Numbered from the whole stretch's first letter, positions 37,647 to 51,185 are shown. The stretch: 63,940 bases of DNA, filler included, from Octopus bimaculoides (GCF_001194135.2; 8 parts of 7 records of this genome joined end to end with filler, not necessarily neighbours in it); one strand, 5' to 3'. The notes: generated by a model not told the origin, from the letters alone. Numbers and translations: made by a program.

Positions 37647-37690
37647 GTTTGGAAATCTTTCGTCACACGTTCTGTGACCTCTTCAGCAAC
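37647..37690 (-). ncRNA. Minimal type I hammerhead ribozyme motif, related to 36391-36435
   Basis: GTTG-CTGAAGA-G-GTCACagaacgtGTGAC-GAAA-GATT-TC-CAAAC: intact core and the same stem II with the extra G. Confidence 0.55.
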
Positions 37691-37739
37691 TCTCCATCTC
37701 ACGTGTCTCCTCCTGTTCTGTTTAGTCCATTTATATATA

Positions 37740-38997
37740 CACAGACATGCAGGAAGTAAATAGACACCTTTAATTTTCAAAATCTTTTATTTAATACGCA
37801 AAGTGAACAATCGAAACGTAATCGATAGGTAGGACTACATACTTTAGTATTTAGTTGACATTCCCTTTGCAGTTTTTAATTCAGAAACTCTTTTTAGCAT
37901 TGAACTGATGAGCTTTGTGATTGTCTCTTGTGGAATTTCTGTCCACTTTTTACGCAACAATCGAAACAATTCATCTTTAGATTTAGGTTTCTGTCGAGTT
38001 TTTCGTATAGCTCTATCTTGTATGCTCCAAAGATTTTCAATTGGGTTCATGTCAGGAGATTGGCTCTGCCAAGGAAGCTTTTTTGATCCCATTTTCAGTC
38101 AGCCATTGTTGATTGCTTTTTGCTTTGTGGCATGGAGCCCCATCTTCCATGAATAAAAACTCATTTTTCGTTATGTTATCGTGTGAATACATCAGAAGTA
38201 GTCCTTGCTTAAGTATTTCGATGTATTTTTCAGAGTTTATGGTTCCAACACATTCGATCAGCTCAGAACGACCATTGCTGGTGACAGCTCCCCATACCAT
38301 TGCAGAGATACCGCCATGTTTCACAGTTGGTTGGAGTCGTTTCATATCAAATTCTTGATTGGGAAGCCTCCAGACCCAAACACGTCCACTGTCTGAAAAT
38401 AATGCAAATCTGGATTCATCTATTCCAAANNNNNNNNNNNNNNNNNNNNNNNNNNNNNNNNNNNNNNNNNNNNNNNNNNNNNNNNNNNNNNNNNNNNNNN
38501 NNNNNNNNNNNNNNNNNNNNNNNNNNNNNNNNNNNNNNNNNNNTATGCAGATATGTAGCACGCGTTCTTGGACTAACTTCTAGCTGTTTTGCAATGTCAG
38601 AAGCCTTCGAACGGGGTTCGTATTTCACAATTCTCTTCAAATAGCGAAGCTTCCTTTATGAGGGCCCAGGCCGGCCGGGACGAGAATCTATTGATTCTTT
38701 TCTTTGGCTTTTGAATTGCACTATAATTCTATTTACAGTAGCAAGAGGAATTTGAAGATTTTCGGCAATTTTTCGCTGGCTAAGACCAGCCTCAGGTTGC
38801 CCAAGAATATGACCTCTTTGAAAATCTGACAGTTCTGCTGAATTTTTTTTGTGCGTGGCATGGTTACTCTTCGCAAATGTTTAATATAATGGCACCTGGA
38901 ATGCAAAAGAACAATTACATTGTAAATTATACACCGCTGAATACATATTAAGACGCTTAGATCAGACATTTTGAAAATTAATTCCTGCATGTCTGTG
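37740..38997 (-). mobile_element. Tc1/mariner (DD34E) DNA transposon, both ends present
   Basis: A 16-bp perfect TIR CACAGACATGCAGGAA (37740-37755 / 38982-38997) is flanked by TA on both sides, and a transposase lies inside. Confidence 0.92.
37844..38861 (-). pseudogene. Tc1-family transposase pseudogene
   Basis: The N-terminus has an HTH ([21 protein letters not shown]) and SRPGRP. The catalytic triad is GIDESRF, FMEDGAPCH and SPDMNPIENLW, with D-to-E spacing 34 after removing a +1 A at ~38080. It carries stops, frameshifts and an assembly gap. Confidence 0.9.
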
Positions 38998-39049
38998 TAT
39001 ATATATTAGCTGAGGTACCCGGTAATACCCGGGAGCAGGGATTTTCCCA

Positions 39050-39243
39050 GTACCCATTACAAACAAAGGGATTAAGTCGATTACATCCACCCCAGTGCAT
39101 AAATGGTACTTAATTTATCGACCTCGAAAGGATGAAAGGCAAAGTCAACCTCGGTGGAATTTGAACTCAGAACGTAACGGCAGACGAAGTACGGCTAAGC
39201 ATTTCGCCCGGCCTACTAACGTTTCTGCCAGCTGACCGCCTAC
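39050..39243 (-). mobile_element. SINE family C
   Basis: Reverse complement reads aggcggtcagctggcagaaacgttag..ctgagttcaaattccaccgaggttgactttgcctttcatcctttcgagg. Confidence 0.85.
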
Positions 39244-39856
39244 TTGGATAAATCTCCCTCAACAACAACTCCTTACGTGAACGGGCCATGGTACCACAAA
39301 ATTTGTCTTAGATCCTATCAGCTAGTGCTATTAAGTTAGACATGACCTAGGTCAATCTTTGGCCGAAACATATCTATGTTTTCTATGCTATTAGTCTCTT
39401 TTACTCATTTTCATTTTCATTGAATTATTCATTATCGATATTGTATGCACACTGTTGATCTAAATTCATTCCTAAGTTTTGTCCCTAAGCTGTCACCGAG
39501 TTTATAATTTACCATCATCTAAAAATTAACATTTACTTTTTTTCTTAACCCCCTGAACTTTTATAAACAGTCATTCTTTTCATCCGTGGTTATTGCGGTT
39601 AAATTATGAATTGAATGCAGGTGAAAGGTGAGCAACACGATCGAAATGTACAAACACAAGATATACAATGACCACATTTATCAAAACTTAAATACTTAAT
39701 TCGACATTTAAATTTTCCCAGATGACGTTTGAATGACGTTTTTAGATGACACAAGATAACTGGAGTTAGACCTCCATGATTTTCGGGATTTGGTGCCAAT
39801 GATAAACGAGTTATTCTCTGACCGTGTTATTCGAACTGTTATTAATCGAGATTTGC

Positions 39857-39867
39857 TCTGTGTGTGT

Positions 39868-39963
<96 letters not shown>
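39857..39963. repeat. (TG)n microsatellite
   Basis: Directly visible. Many other (TA)n, (TG)n, (TATG)n and (TAGA)n tracts occur throughout the window. Confidence 0.98.
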
Positions 39964-39965
<2 letters not shown>

Positions 39966-41311
39966 ACATGTGTGTGTGGGCATGTGTGTGCGTGTATGTG
40001 TGTGTGCATGTGTGTTTATTTGCGCGTGTGCATCTGACAAAGACGGGAACAGGCATGTGAGCTTAGCTGGAAATGTAAACCGAATATATGAAATACTTTT
40101 GATAAACATAAACTTCATACATTAACATAGCAACATACGTTTTTGGATTGTTTGTTTTTGAATTTCATTTCATTTATATGCCCGAACAAATATAATTAAT
40201 TATAGGGTTATAGTTATAGTTTATGAAAGCAAAAGCTGTAGTCGGATATTTCGCCATACATCCGTGTTTTATTTTGATTTTATTTTAATAATGTGTTCAT
40301 GTTGCCACCGGCTCAATATTTCAACCATTTTTGTGTCTTGTTTTCTTGTTTTGTTTTTATAGTATATATTTTATTTTGTTATCTTCTGCTCCAAACAATA
40401 GTTTACAATGTAACGTCTGCTTCTTTACAATTGTCAAAAAGCTATCTGCTGTTTCTTACAAAACGTCAAAAGCTTTTTATGTCCTACTTTTATATTAATT
40501 TCATTTTTGTTCTTGTAATTTTAGTTTCTTGTAACTAATTATTTGAAAATTTTATTAGTTTTAGATATTGGGGACGTGTTTCTCGTATTTACTTTTCCCT
40601 TCTTTCATTTCCTAGACATGTGAAAACAAAAACTAGAGTTGATTCCCACATGTACGAGAATTTGTCGAAGCACACACACGTATACACTCTAACACTAATG
40701 CATATATGCACGCGCACACACACACACACACACACACATACAGAGAAACAAACACTATCGCACATACAATAACATTTCCAAACATTTTTGGTCAACTCAC
40801 CGCCCTAAGTCAGTAATGTGACACCCTCACGTTTAGGCCATGTCACCTCCTTATTTGCGTAAATCGTTTCTTACATTAACATATAATTTAGGGGAGAAAT
40901 AACGTCGATGAAAAACATAAAGTCGACTATATGGTGAACAGTGGTATTAACAATTAACTCTAAACCATTACTTGAATGTTATTCGTTTTGTTTTGTTTTA
41001 TCGACGCCAGAAGAATGAAAGGCGGAGTTGATCCCGGCGGGATTGATTTGAACTCTGAGTGTAATATGAATGTAAGTAAATAAGACAAGAGGAAAGAAGT
41101 GTCTTTTCTTTTATTAGCCACAAGGATCAACAACTTTGGAACAATACAAGGACAAAACAGAAAACAGAGTGAGTTTATATCGGATAAAAAAGAAAACAAC
41201 AATAACACTTACAACAACAACAAATTGCAACGTAATGTGAACAAGGGAAACTTCCAATATACTGAGGCAGCCATCTAAATCCAGTCAAGATAACCAATTA
41301 GTCATTTGGTT

Positions 41312-41680
41312 AGTTCTCTCCGTACCATGAGGCACATAAGGCCGCAACATGATCTCTCCAACCAGTTCTGTTTTCTGCTACCGTTCTGGCTTCATTCCAG
41401 CTTCTCGTCTCCTTTCTTTGTCAATGGTCCTTCGGCATATGGCCCTACCAGGCTACAAGTAGCACCTGTCCGTCCAAGTCCAGCAAAGACCAAATAACGG
41501 CTTTGTTTCCACGTTGCATCTGTGCCGGCCGTAACCATCGAAAAGCTTTCGTTTCTTTGTCTCTGAGAACACGTATCTCCGCTCTGACTATACAATCTTC
41601 GTATAACACATTAAACAAATGGTCGAGGGCCATTTTCGCTGGTAGAATTGTTGGTCGCAACATCTTTCCTTGTAACTTTC
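41312..41680 (-). mobile_element. 3' end of an RTE-type LINE (second family), decayed
   Basis: The terminal translation RRTIDKERR..WNEARTVAENRTGWRDHVAALCASWYGEN* resembles RTE C-termini. Confidence 0.55.
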
Positions 41681-41694
41681 CCTAATTTTCTCAC

Positions 41695-41835
41695 TATCAG
41701 CTGAGTGAACTGGAGTAACGCGAAATAAAGTGTTTTGCTTAAGAACACAACACGCAGCCCAGTCTGGAAATCGAACTCACAGCCTCACGGTCGTAAGCTC
41801 GACGCTATAATCACTGAGCTATGCGCCTTCACTTT
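41695..41835 (-). mobile_element. SINE B2-type head fragment
   Basis: gtgaaggcgcatagctcagtgattatag..gagttcgatttccagac..gtgttcttaagcaaaacactttatttc..ctccagttcactcagctg. Confidence 0.65.
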
Positions 41836-42313
41836 TTGTCGGTATATAACCAATTTATCGTACATAAACTTTAGCAATAAACTCTTACGTGGATCCCCAA
41901 CTGTTATATAGGTCGCGGTTGAGAACCGCTGTTGCAGATTCGTTCATTACTGTCACCCAAATTTTAAAAGAATTTCCCATGGAAGGCAGCTTCCTTGGCC
42001 AGCAAAACAAATTGGGTGTCTTCAAGTCTTTTCGGTCTTGGCCGCAACACGCATATTCTCTGCTTATTATTATGACTGCTGAACAACTGTGTATGATTGA
42101 AAAGATGTCAAAACAACGAAGTAAGAAGGTAGGGTAATCACTGGAGGAGGATAAGAAGTAGAGCAACCAGAAACAGATAGAGAGAGAGGTGAGAGAGAGA
42201 AAGAGAGAGAAGGAGAAGGAGAAAGTGAGAGAGAGAAAGAGAGAGAGAGAGAATACGGTAATGTTATTTACGTAATGTCCATTCAACAGATTGACATCTC
42301 TCCGTCTATGTGT

Positions 42314-42703
42314 GGTGGTGGTTGGCACTCCGTCGCTGACGACGACGAGGGTTCCAGTTGATCCGATCAACGGAACAGCCTGCTCGTGAAATTAACGTGC
42401 AAGTGGTTGAGCACTCCACAGACACGCGTACCCTTAACGTAGTTCTCGGGGATATTCAGCGTAACACAGAGTGTGACAAGGCTGACCCCTTTGAATTACA
42501 GGTACAACAGAAACAGGAAGAAAGAGTGAGAGAAAGTTGTGGTGAAAGAGTACAGCAGGGTTCGCCACCATCCTCTGCCGGAGCCTCGTGGAGCTTTAGG
42601 TGTTTTCGCTCAATAAACACTCCCAACGCCCGGTCAAGGAATCGAAACCGCGATCCTATGACCGCGAGTCCGCTGCCCTAACTACTGGGCCATTGCGCCT
42701 TCA
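42314..42703 (-). mobile_element. Full-length SINE family B with 11-bp TSD
   Basis: TSD CGTCTATGTGT at 42303-42313 and 42704-42714; tRNA-like head aggcgcaatggcccagtagttagggcagcggactcgcggtc. Confidence 0.93.
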
Positions 42704-42753
42704 CGTCTATGTGTAGTATGTGCGATACATTGGTTTTATACGTAACTCAGACG

Positions 42754-42800
<47 letters not shown>

Positions 42801-43162
42801 CTGGTTGTTTAGCCACGGGTCAGCCCCGATCCGTCATTTCAAACACTAGAACTTATTTCAGTACGATACTTCGTTAAATGATATTTGTTGATGCGTTATG
42901 TTACAAATACGACATTTAAGGGATACAACACAAACACCTAACTGGGTTTTAGACCGGTGTAATCAAATAGATAGATAGATAGATAGATAGATAAGCATAT
43001 GCACGTACGTACATATACAGCAACTGTATATAAATATATGTATATATACAATTGCTTTGATGGACGTCATTTTCAAGACTTGTTTATATTGCGAGTTCAG
43101 CGGCGTTTCACATTAAACTGCAATACGTTATGCAGTCCAATTTTACAGCAATGTGTGTGTTC

Positions 43163-43202
<40 letters not shown>

Positions 43203-43607
43203 TGGGGTGATTATGCGTGTTTGTATATGTGTATGCGTGTCTGTCATCAATGTCTCTGCCAGGTGGTAGTAAACTGTAATATACGCACCTACGTGCTATG
43301 GTTTTCGTTGGCATCTAATTTATGATAAATAACTACATACACACTTCCACTCATACACACATGCGCGCGCACGCACGAACACACACACACACACACATAG
43401 GCATACAATACATTATTAATTCTCTGCCAGTAGTCAGTTTTATGACATACTTTCTCTACATTATTCAGAGAACCCCTCTGCCACTTGGATATGTGCAGTG
43501 TCTTGCTTTGGCTTGGATTCTTATTATTAAAGGTATTCTACGTAATTTGTGCATAGCATTTGATTGCTGCTTTCCCTGAGTTACATGCATATTTGTAAGT
43601 ATTGAGA

Positions 43608-43648
<41 letters not shown>

Positions 43649-44381
43649 NNNNNNNNNNNNNNNNNNNNNNNNNNNNNNNNNNNNNNNNNNNNNNNNNNNN
43701 NNNNNNNNNNNNNNNNNNNNNNNNNNNNNNNNNNNNNNNNNNNNNNNNNNNNNNNNNNNNNNNNNNNNNNNNNNNNNNNNNNNNNNNNNNNNNNNNNNNN
43801 NNNNNNNNNNNNNNNNNNNNNNNNNNNNNNNNNNNNNNNNNNNNNNNNNNNNNNNNNNNNNNNNNNNNNNNNNNNNNNNNNNNNNNNNNNNNNNNNNNNN
43901 NNNNNNNNNNNNNNNNNNNNNNNNNNNNNNNNNNNNNNNNNNNNNNNNNNNNNNNNNNNNNNNNNNNNNNNNNNNNNNNNNNNNNNNNNNNNNNNNNNNN
44001 NNNNNNNNNNNNNNNNNNNNNNNNNNNNNNNNNNNNNNNNNNNNNNNNNNNNNNNNNNNNNNNNNNNNNNNNNNNNNNNNNNNNNNNNNNNNNNNNNNNN
44101 NNNNNNNNNNNNNNNNNNNNNNNNNNNNNNNNNNNNNNNNNNNNNNNNNNNNNNNNNNNNNNNNNNNNNNNNNNNNNNNNNNNNNNNNNNNNNNNNNNNN
44201 NNNNNNNNNNNNNNNNNNNNNNNNNNNNNNNNNNNNNNNNNNNNNNNNNNNNNNNNNNNNNNNNNNNNNNNNNNNNNNNNNNNNNNNNNNNNNNNNNNNN
44301 NNNNNNNNNNNNNNNNNNNNNNNNNNNNNNNNNNNNNNNNNNNNNNNNNNNNNNNNNNNNNNNNNNNNNNNNTATATATAT

Positions 44382-44417
<36 letters not shown>

Positions 44418-44699
44418 GGTGTGTATGCACTGTGTGTGTGTGTGTGTGTGTGTGTGTACAGATGATTATGCAAACGAAAAGAAAAAGCACTCACTACATA
44501 TTGTGGAAGTTAAACGTGATTATTGAAGGGTTGACTCAATCCGGAAGTACTTGATGATTCATAGACAGAAAACTACGTCCAGCTCATTGTGTGTGTGTGT
44601 GTGTACAGGTACATATAATACGCAATTATATGTGTGTGCATACGCACATATATGATACACAATTATGTACGCATGTGTGTGTGCGTATGTGTACGTAAT

Positions 44700-45085
44700 T
44701 CAAAGATACATCTCATGGAATCTCTTGGGATGCATCATCAGTGACTTTTCTGGGGTCTTCAAGGGTTTCTGGTCTTTGAACATCAGACCTCGTCCTCGCC
44801 CAGATGACCCAACCAGGTATGACCAAGTCCTACCTTGCATCCTTGTGGCCACAACTTACTGGCCTGCACTCTTCATCCAAAGCCATCTGGTAGCCTTGTC
44901 TGCAGCTTCGATGGTGGAATGTATGACCTTCCATTCAACTACAGCTTTGAACTCTAAGCTCAGTCAGATCTTTGCAGAGGGGACACCGATCTAAGAACGC
45001 AGCAACCTGCTTCGGCTGCAAGATTTCATATATTGTCATCGAAGAAGACTTCCAGGGGAACTGAAAGGCTTAATATCACAAGGCA
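44700..45085 (-). mobile_element. 3' end (RLE C-terminus and 3' UTR) of a Hero-like retrotransposon
   Basis: VIL.LSVP..E and HSTIEAADKATRWLWMKS (cf. EAAEKASRWLWxKR) are followed by a 3' UTR with gggtcatctggg..gtctgatgtt..gaaaccc..gacccc..cactgatgatg. Confidence 0.65.
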
Positions 45086-45913
45086 AAAACTGGTGTAGTG
45101 TATTTGCCTTCTTCTTCTTCTTCTTCTTCTTCTTCTTCTTCTTCTTCTTCTTCTTCTTCTTCTTCTTCCTCCCCCTCCTCCTCCTCCACTTCCTCTTCNN
45201 NNNNNNNNNNNNNNNNNNNNNNNNNNNNNNNNNNNNNNNNNNTTAATTAATTAANNNNNNNNNNNNNNNNNNNNNNNNNNNNNNNNNNNNNNNNNNNNAC
45301 ACGCACACACACACACACACACACTTACTCACTCACAGAGTTAAATGCGTTGTTAAAACCTCCATCCAAATTCGAGTTCACCTAAGAAGACCAGTTCCCG
45401 CGCTCGTGTAGACTAAACATGCCAGTCACATATGTCACACATACGGCAGCTTAAAAGAGAGATGATAACAAAGCTATATAGATTAGATATTATTTAACCC
45501 TATGTAAGTACGGATCGACCCCCCACCGACGATCACAACCAACCATAGCTTCCCGTATTTTTTTGTTTCTCGATTACACTGCATTTAAAACTACCTTATA
45601 CCACGTGTTTGTTCTTCTAAACGGTATGCTACGATTTGAGGAAGATTTGGCTACAATCTGCGTGTAGGCGCAGGTGGTTTTGTGGTAAGATGTTTGCTTT
45701 CCGACGAAATGGTTCCGGTTTCTGTTCCACTGCGCTGCACTTTGTGCAACTGTCTTTACTATAACCTGGTGGATTTGGTAAATGGAAGCCCTTTTGCTAC
45801 AAGAAGACTACCTGCGGTCTGGCCACTAAGAAAGGATTGTTCTCAAGAAAATTCGGCAAACACCAGAACGTAAGCAAGCAAGAAAATAAAAAGATACAAA
45901 ATATAAAGAATTA

Positions 45914-45985
45914 ATCATAGACCGGTTTCGGTGTTAATTACTTACGTAATTACTTACCTAATTGTCTGCAACTCTTCGGTATGAT
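45914..45985 (-). ncRNA. Degenerate type I hammerhead motif with long loop II
   Basis: ATCATA-CCGAAGA-G(T)TG...CACC-GAAA-CCGG-TC-TATGAT: perfect 6-bp stem I, palindromic stem III, GUC site, U4C. Confidence 0.5.
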
Positions 45986-48079
45986 CGTCCTTTGCAATAT
46001 AATTTGCAGAACAATACACGAGACGTCCGCATGAGATTGAACATGTATATAGTTCTACCAATTACATTTGAGGTTATATTTCAAAATGCTTCGTTTTGGC
46101 GCGCCAAATACTGGAAATACANNNNNNNNNNNNNNNNNNNNNNNNNNNNNNNNNNNNNNNNNNNNNNNNNNNNNNNNNNNNNNNNNNNNNNNNNNNNNNN
46201 NNNNNNNNNNNNNNNNNNNNNNNNNNNNNNNNNNNNNNNNNNNNNNNNNNNNNNNNNNNNNNNNNNNNNNNNNNNNNNNNNNNNNNNNNNNNNNNNNNNN
46301 NNNNNNNNNNNNNNNNNNNNNNNNNNNNNNNNNNNNNNNNNNNNNNNNNNNNNNNNNNNNNNNNNNNNNNNNNNNNNNNNNNNNNNNNNNNNNNNNNNNN
46401 NNNNNNNNNNNNNNNNNNNNNNNNNNNNNNNNNNNNNNNNNNNNNNNNNNNNNNNNNNNNNNNNNNNNNNNNNNNNNNNNNNNNNNNNNNNNNNNNNNNN
46501 NNNNNNNNNNNNNNNNNNNNNNNNNNNNNNNNNNNNNNNNNNNNNNNNNNNNNNNNNNNNNNNNNNNNNNNNNNNNNNNNNNNNNNNNNNNNNNNNNNNN
46601 NNNNNNNNNNNNNNNNNNNNNNNNNNNNNNNNNNNNNNNNNNNNNNNNNNNNNNNNNNNNNNNNNNNNNNNNNNNNNNNNNNNNNNNNNNNNNNNNNNNN
46701 NNNNNNNNNNNNNNNNNNNNNNNNNNNNNNNNNNNNNNNNNNNNNNNNNNNNNNNNNNNNNNNNNNNNNNNNNNNNNNNNNNNNNNNNNNNNNNNNNNNN
46801 NNNNNNNNNNNNNNNNNNNNNNNNNNNNNAAAAAATATATATATATATATATAATCTTACTCTCCCTCCCTTATTCTCTCTTTCATAGAATTTCTTCAGG
46901 CATAATTCTTCTCTCTCCTTTCATTCTATGATTCACTATCATTTCCTCTCACTCATTCCATCTCCTCTAATTTTCTTCTATCACATCCAGTCTTCTCCAT
47001 TTTATTCTCTCTCTTCGTGTTTCTCTCTATCTCTCTCTCTTCTTAGTCACTCTCTTCCTTTCTGTCATTCCATTGCTCTCCTTTCTCTACTTCTCCCCCC
47101 GCCCCAACAATGTCCTCTGTACTTTACTATTCTCTTCCATACAGTTGTGTCCCGTGCCCACCCGACCCTTCGCTATTCTATCTAAACGAACTCTCGCTCA
47201 TATATCAAGTTCCTTAAAACTTCTGTTATGTATGTACGTATGTATGTATGTACGTATGTATGTATGTATGTATGTATGCATGAATGTATGTACGTATGTA
47301 TGTATGTATGCATGTATGTATGCATGAATGTATGTACGTATGTGTACGTATGTGTACGTACGTACGTATGTATGTATGTATGTATGTATGTANNNNNNNN
47401 NNNNNNNNNNNNNNNNNNNNNNNNNNNNNNNNNNNNTTAATTAATTAANNNNNNNNNNNNNNNNNNNNNNNNNNNNNNNNNNNNNNNNNNNNTCTGTGTG
47501 TGTGCGCGTACACACTGTTAAATATGCTCGGAGTATATATTTACGCTCAAAAACATTTTATGAACTATGAGAGATAGTACTATTTAAACAAATTCGAACA
47601 ACCTCACTCTCCCTATATTCAATAAAGATCATGTTTTAAATATTTGCCTTATCTGTAGGTGCATTCTGGAATCATTTCCATGTAATTATCGATTAAAAAT
47701 TTTAGATAAAATCTGTAGCGTCAATACCAGTCTATAAATTATTGATTGAAACAAACTTTTAATTAATTAAACTGAAAGACCATTATTGAATATTTCTTTT
47801 TATTGCATACACNNNNNNNNNNNNNNNNNNNNNNNNNNNNNNNNNNNNNNNNNNNNNNNNNNNNNNNNNNNNNNNNNNNNNNNNNNNNNNNNNNNNNNNN
47901 NNNNNNNNNNNNNNNNNNNNNNNNNNNNNNNNNNNNNNNNNNNNNNNNNNNNNNNNNNNNNNNNNNNNNNNNNNNNNNNNNNNNNNNNNNNNNNNNNNNN
48001 NNNNNNNNNNNNNNNNNNNNNNNNNNNNNNNNNNNNNNNNNNNNNNNNNNNNNNNNNNNNNNNNNNNNNNNNNNNNNNN

Positions 48080-48132
<53 letters not shown>

Positions 48133-50036
48133 CACACAAAAATATATGCATTTGCTCACATACGCACAGACAAACATACATATAACACACAAATGCACAA
48201 AATATACATATATATATATACAAAACCTAAGTAAACCTTATCACAAATGTCTCTTTATGAAGTTCTTTCTCAAACATTAAAAAATAACGTAAGTTCGTAT
48301 CATGAAATTAAATCAAACTGTTTGTGTATATTTTATTCGTATATTTTCTCTATTTGTGTTATACTAATTTTGTTTTCTTTCTACTGAATTTAATTTTAAT
48401 TTTCATATAAGCACAACGTTTAATCATTCGAAAATTAAAATCATGGCACTTCAGAAATAAGCAATAATATAGATGCTAATGTTTTTATTAAGGAAACATA
48501 TATTATATCGGTTTTCATCTATAAAACGATTTCCGAATGTTAGTATTCAATGAATATTGATATATACCTTGAAATTTATAGTATATTTACCTTAAAGTCA
48601 CTAGTGACTTCAAACATTACATAATTAAGCTGTGTGTGTGAAGTTATAGCAGTGTGTGTAAAATATGAAATGGAGTAAAAGGAAATATTTCACTCGCATC
48701 TAATCTAAAAGTGATTATTTGAAATTCACCCAAGACAAAATAACAGCATATAGCTCAAATTTAAATAAAATGTAGGCACAGTTGTACCAATTTTGAAGCC
48801 AGTGCGTTTTCGTTACAATTCTACTTCTTTTGAAATAGTAATTATATTTAATTCAAATGCTCTGACATTACGTTTCAATTCTTTCTGTTTCAATTGTTAC
48901 TTAATAAAGTATTCACAATATATATTCTTTTTACCACGTATGTTATGAATGTAACTTTTATTTGTGAGATCACTGGCTGCGAGTGCTGCAAATAATCTTA
49001 TTATCTTTGTGGCAGTTGCTGTTGTTTAGTCAGTTATATGACATTATTGAGTAAAATTATGGCCAAAATATTTCTTAACAGAAAACATATTATTTGGATT
49101 CCATGCGTGTTATCTTGATATATTTTTCAGTTTCTATGATTGCACGGTGTTCTTTCAGGTCAACATTGTTGCAATTACTTGCATATCAAACAACCACCAA
49201 AATAATTTTTTTATTCATTTTGGAAAGAGTCCTACTAACCTATTTTAGTTAATAGAAGTCACTGGAAATCAACTATGACAAAAACCAATATTATGTCATT
49301 CATCTTGCATTCAGCTTTTAAAAACATGGTTCCACATTTATTCATAGCAAGCGACTTATTTCATACGTATACTCTTTGGATCGTATTTATTCTATATGTT
49401 AAAGGCAAAACACCCGCACAATACCGTCATACCTTCATATGTATATCCGTTGAGAAAATAAATTTCTTACTCGCAGTTTCATATTTCCAAATTCCCATGA
49501 CATTTTCCGGCAGTGAAATACATCAAACGCTGCAGTTACGTAATGTCGGCACTTTATTTATTTATTGTTTTTTTTTCATAATTTCATAATTTTTTTCAAG
49601 ACATCATTTATAATTTGCAATAATAAATATTGAAAATTATGTTGTAATAATGATAATTTTGATNNNNNNNNNNNNNNNNNNNNNNNNNNNNNNNNNNNNN
49701 NNNNNNNNNNNNNNNNNNNNNNNNNNNNNNNNNNNNNNNNNNNNNNNNNNNNNNNNNNNNNNNNNNNNNNNNNNNNNNNNNNNNNNNNNNNNNNNNNNNN
49801 NNNNNNNNNNNNNNNNNNNNNNNNNNNNNNNNNNNNNNNNNNNNNNNNNNNNNNNNNNNNNNNNNNNNNNNNNNNNNNNNNNNNNNNNNNNNNNNNNNNN
49901 NNNNNNNNNNNNNNNNNNNNNNNNNNNNNNNNNNNNNNNNNNNNNNNNNNNNNNNNCCATACTTATGCTTATAATACTATAGCTACCTGTATACGTGTCA
50001 ATAGATATATTTCTAAAACTTCCCCTCCATCTCTCA

Positions 50037-50115
<79 letters not shown>

Positions 50116-50974
50116 GGTGTGTGTGTGTGTGTGTGTATGTATGTATACATAGAGAGAGAGAGAGAGAAAAAGAGAGCGAGTTTTATGCACGCAAACACAC
50201 TTACACAGTTATTTTTGAAGTCGATCGATTATCAAGTACTGATTTCTTTACCTTTTAAAACGTGTTCTTTATTATAAATACACATCAAACACATTGATAT
50301 AAAAATGGAACGTTTTTAATAGAATTTCGAACTAAACTTCACTATTTGTCCGGAACATATATTCAGACTGAAAGATATAATTTTTATTTGATCATCTAAT
50401 TTTCTCTACATAAATAGTTATTTTAATGGTTCGTTGTCTATAGGCCAAATATCGTTTTATTCAAATAGGTATTGAAAGAATTTATTTACTTTAAATGAAC
50501 TAATGACAAACACAGAAGATAAATTTGTATTTCACAGACAATTCTAGTAAATTTGGCGTATCACATTTATATGCATATAAGTGTGATGATAACTCTGTTG
50601 AATAGTTCCTTGCATAATAGAATGTAATTGTGGAATATTCGTCTAAATTGTTATTGAAACAAATGAGGATAAATGGAATAAATACTTGATTGCTGCAAAA
50701 CATGGTCAATTATGATATATCTGAATTTAAAGCCGAAAATAATATAAATGATTTCTAAATGATTGTGTATTTATTATTTTCTTATATTTTTGTATGAATA
50801 TTCTATGTAATTAATGTGTTTTCGTGTATGTATGTATGTATGAACATCCATCTATCTATCTATCTATCTATCTANNNNNNNNNNNNNNNNNNNNNNNNNN
50901 NNNNNNNNNNNNNNNNNNTTAATTAATTAANNNNNNNNNNNNNNNNNNNNNNNNNNNNNNNNNNNNNNNNNNNN

Positions 50975-51010
<36 letters not shown>

Positions 51011-51014
<4 letters not shown>

Positions 51015-51185
51015 CAAATTTACAGAAAAACAAAAGACAAAGACAGGTGTTGGAACAACAAGCAGGTGTATTAGTTTGACACTCAGGAAAAAATAGAAAA
51101 GTCTTTTACGTTTCGAGCCTATGCTCTTCAATAGAAATGAATAAGAGGAAAAATGGAGAGAGAAGAAAAAAAAAGAGAAAAAATC
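51011..51185 (-). mobile_element. Second copy of the Penelope-like repeat with variant hammerhead (51102-51137)
   Basis: TTT-CTATTGA-A-GAGCatagGCTC-GAAA-CG-TA-AAAGA; flanks are homologous to 22477-22660. Confidence 0.5.

Noticed and set aside
38655-38680. GC-rich cluster of restriction sites (AAGCTT, GGGCCC, GGCCGGCC) suggesting vector contamination
   Set aside because: On the minus strand it encodes the SRPGRP linker motif of the Tc1 transposase.
44725-44795. CTGATG motifs and GAAA in the Hero-like 3' UTR
   Set aside because: They cannot be arranged into a three-helix hammerhead (first core reads CUGAUGU, second lacks GAAA).
5563-50930. Identical TTAATTAATTAA 12-mer at seven positions
   Set aside because: It is always centred in a 44N+12+44N gap; this is an assembler's gap linker (stops in all frames), not biology.
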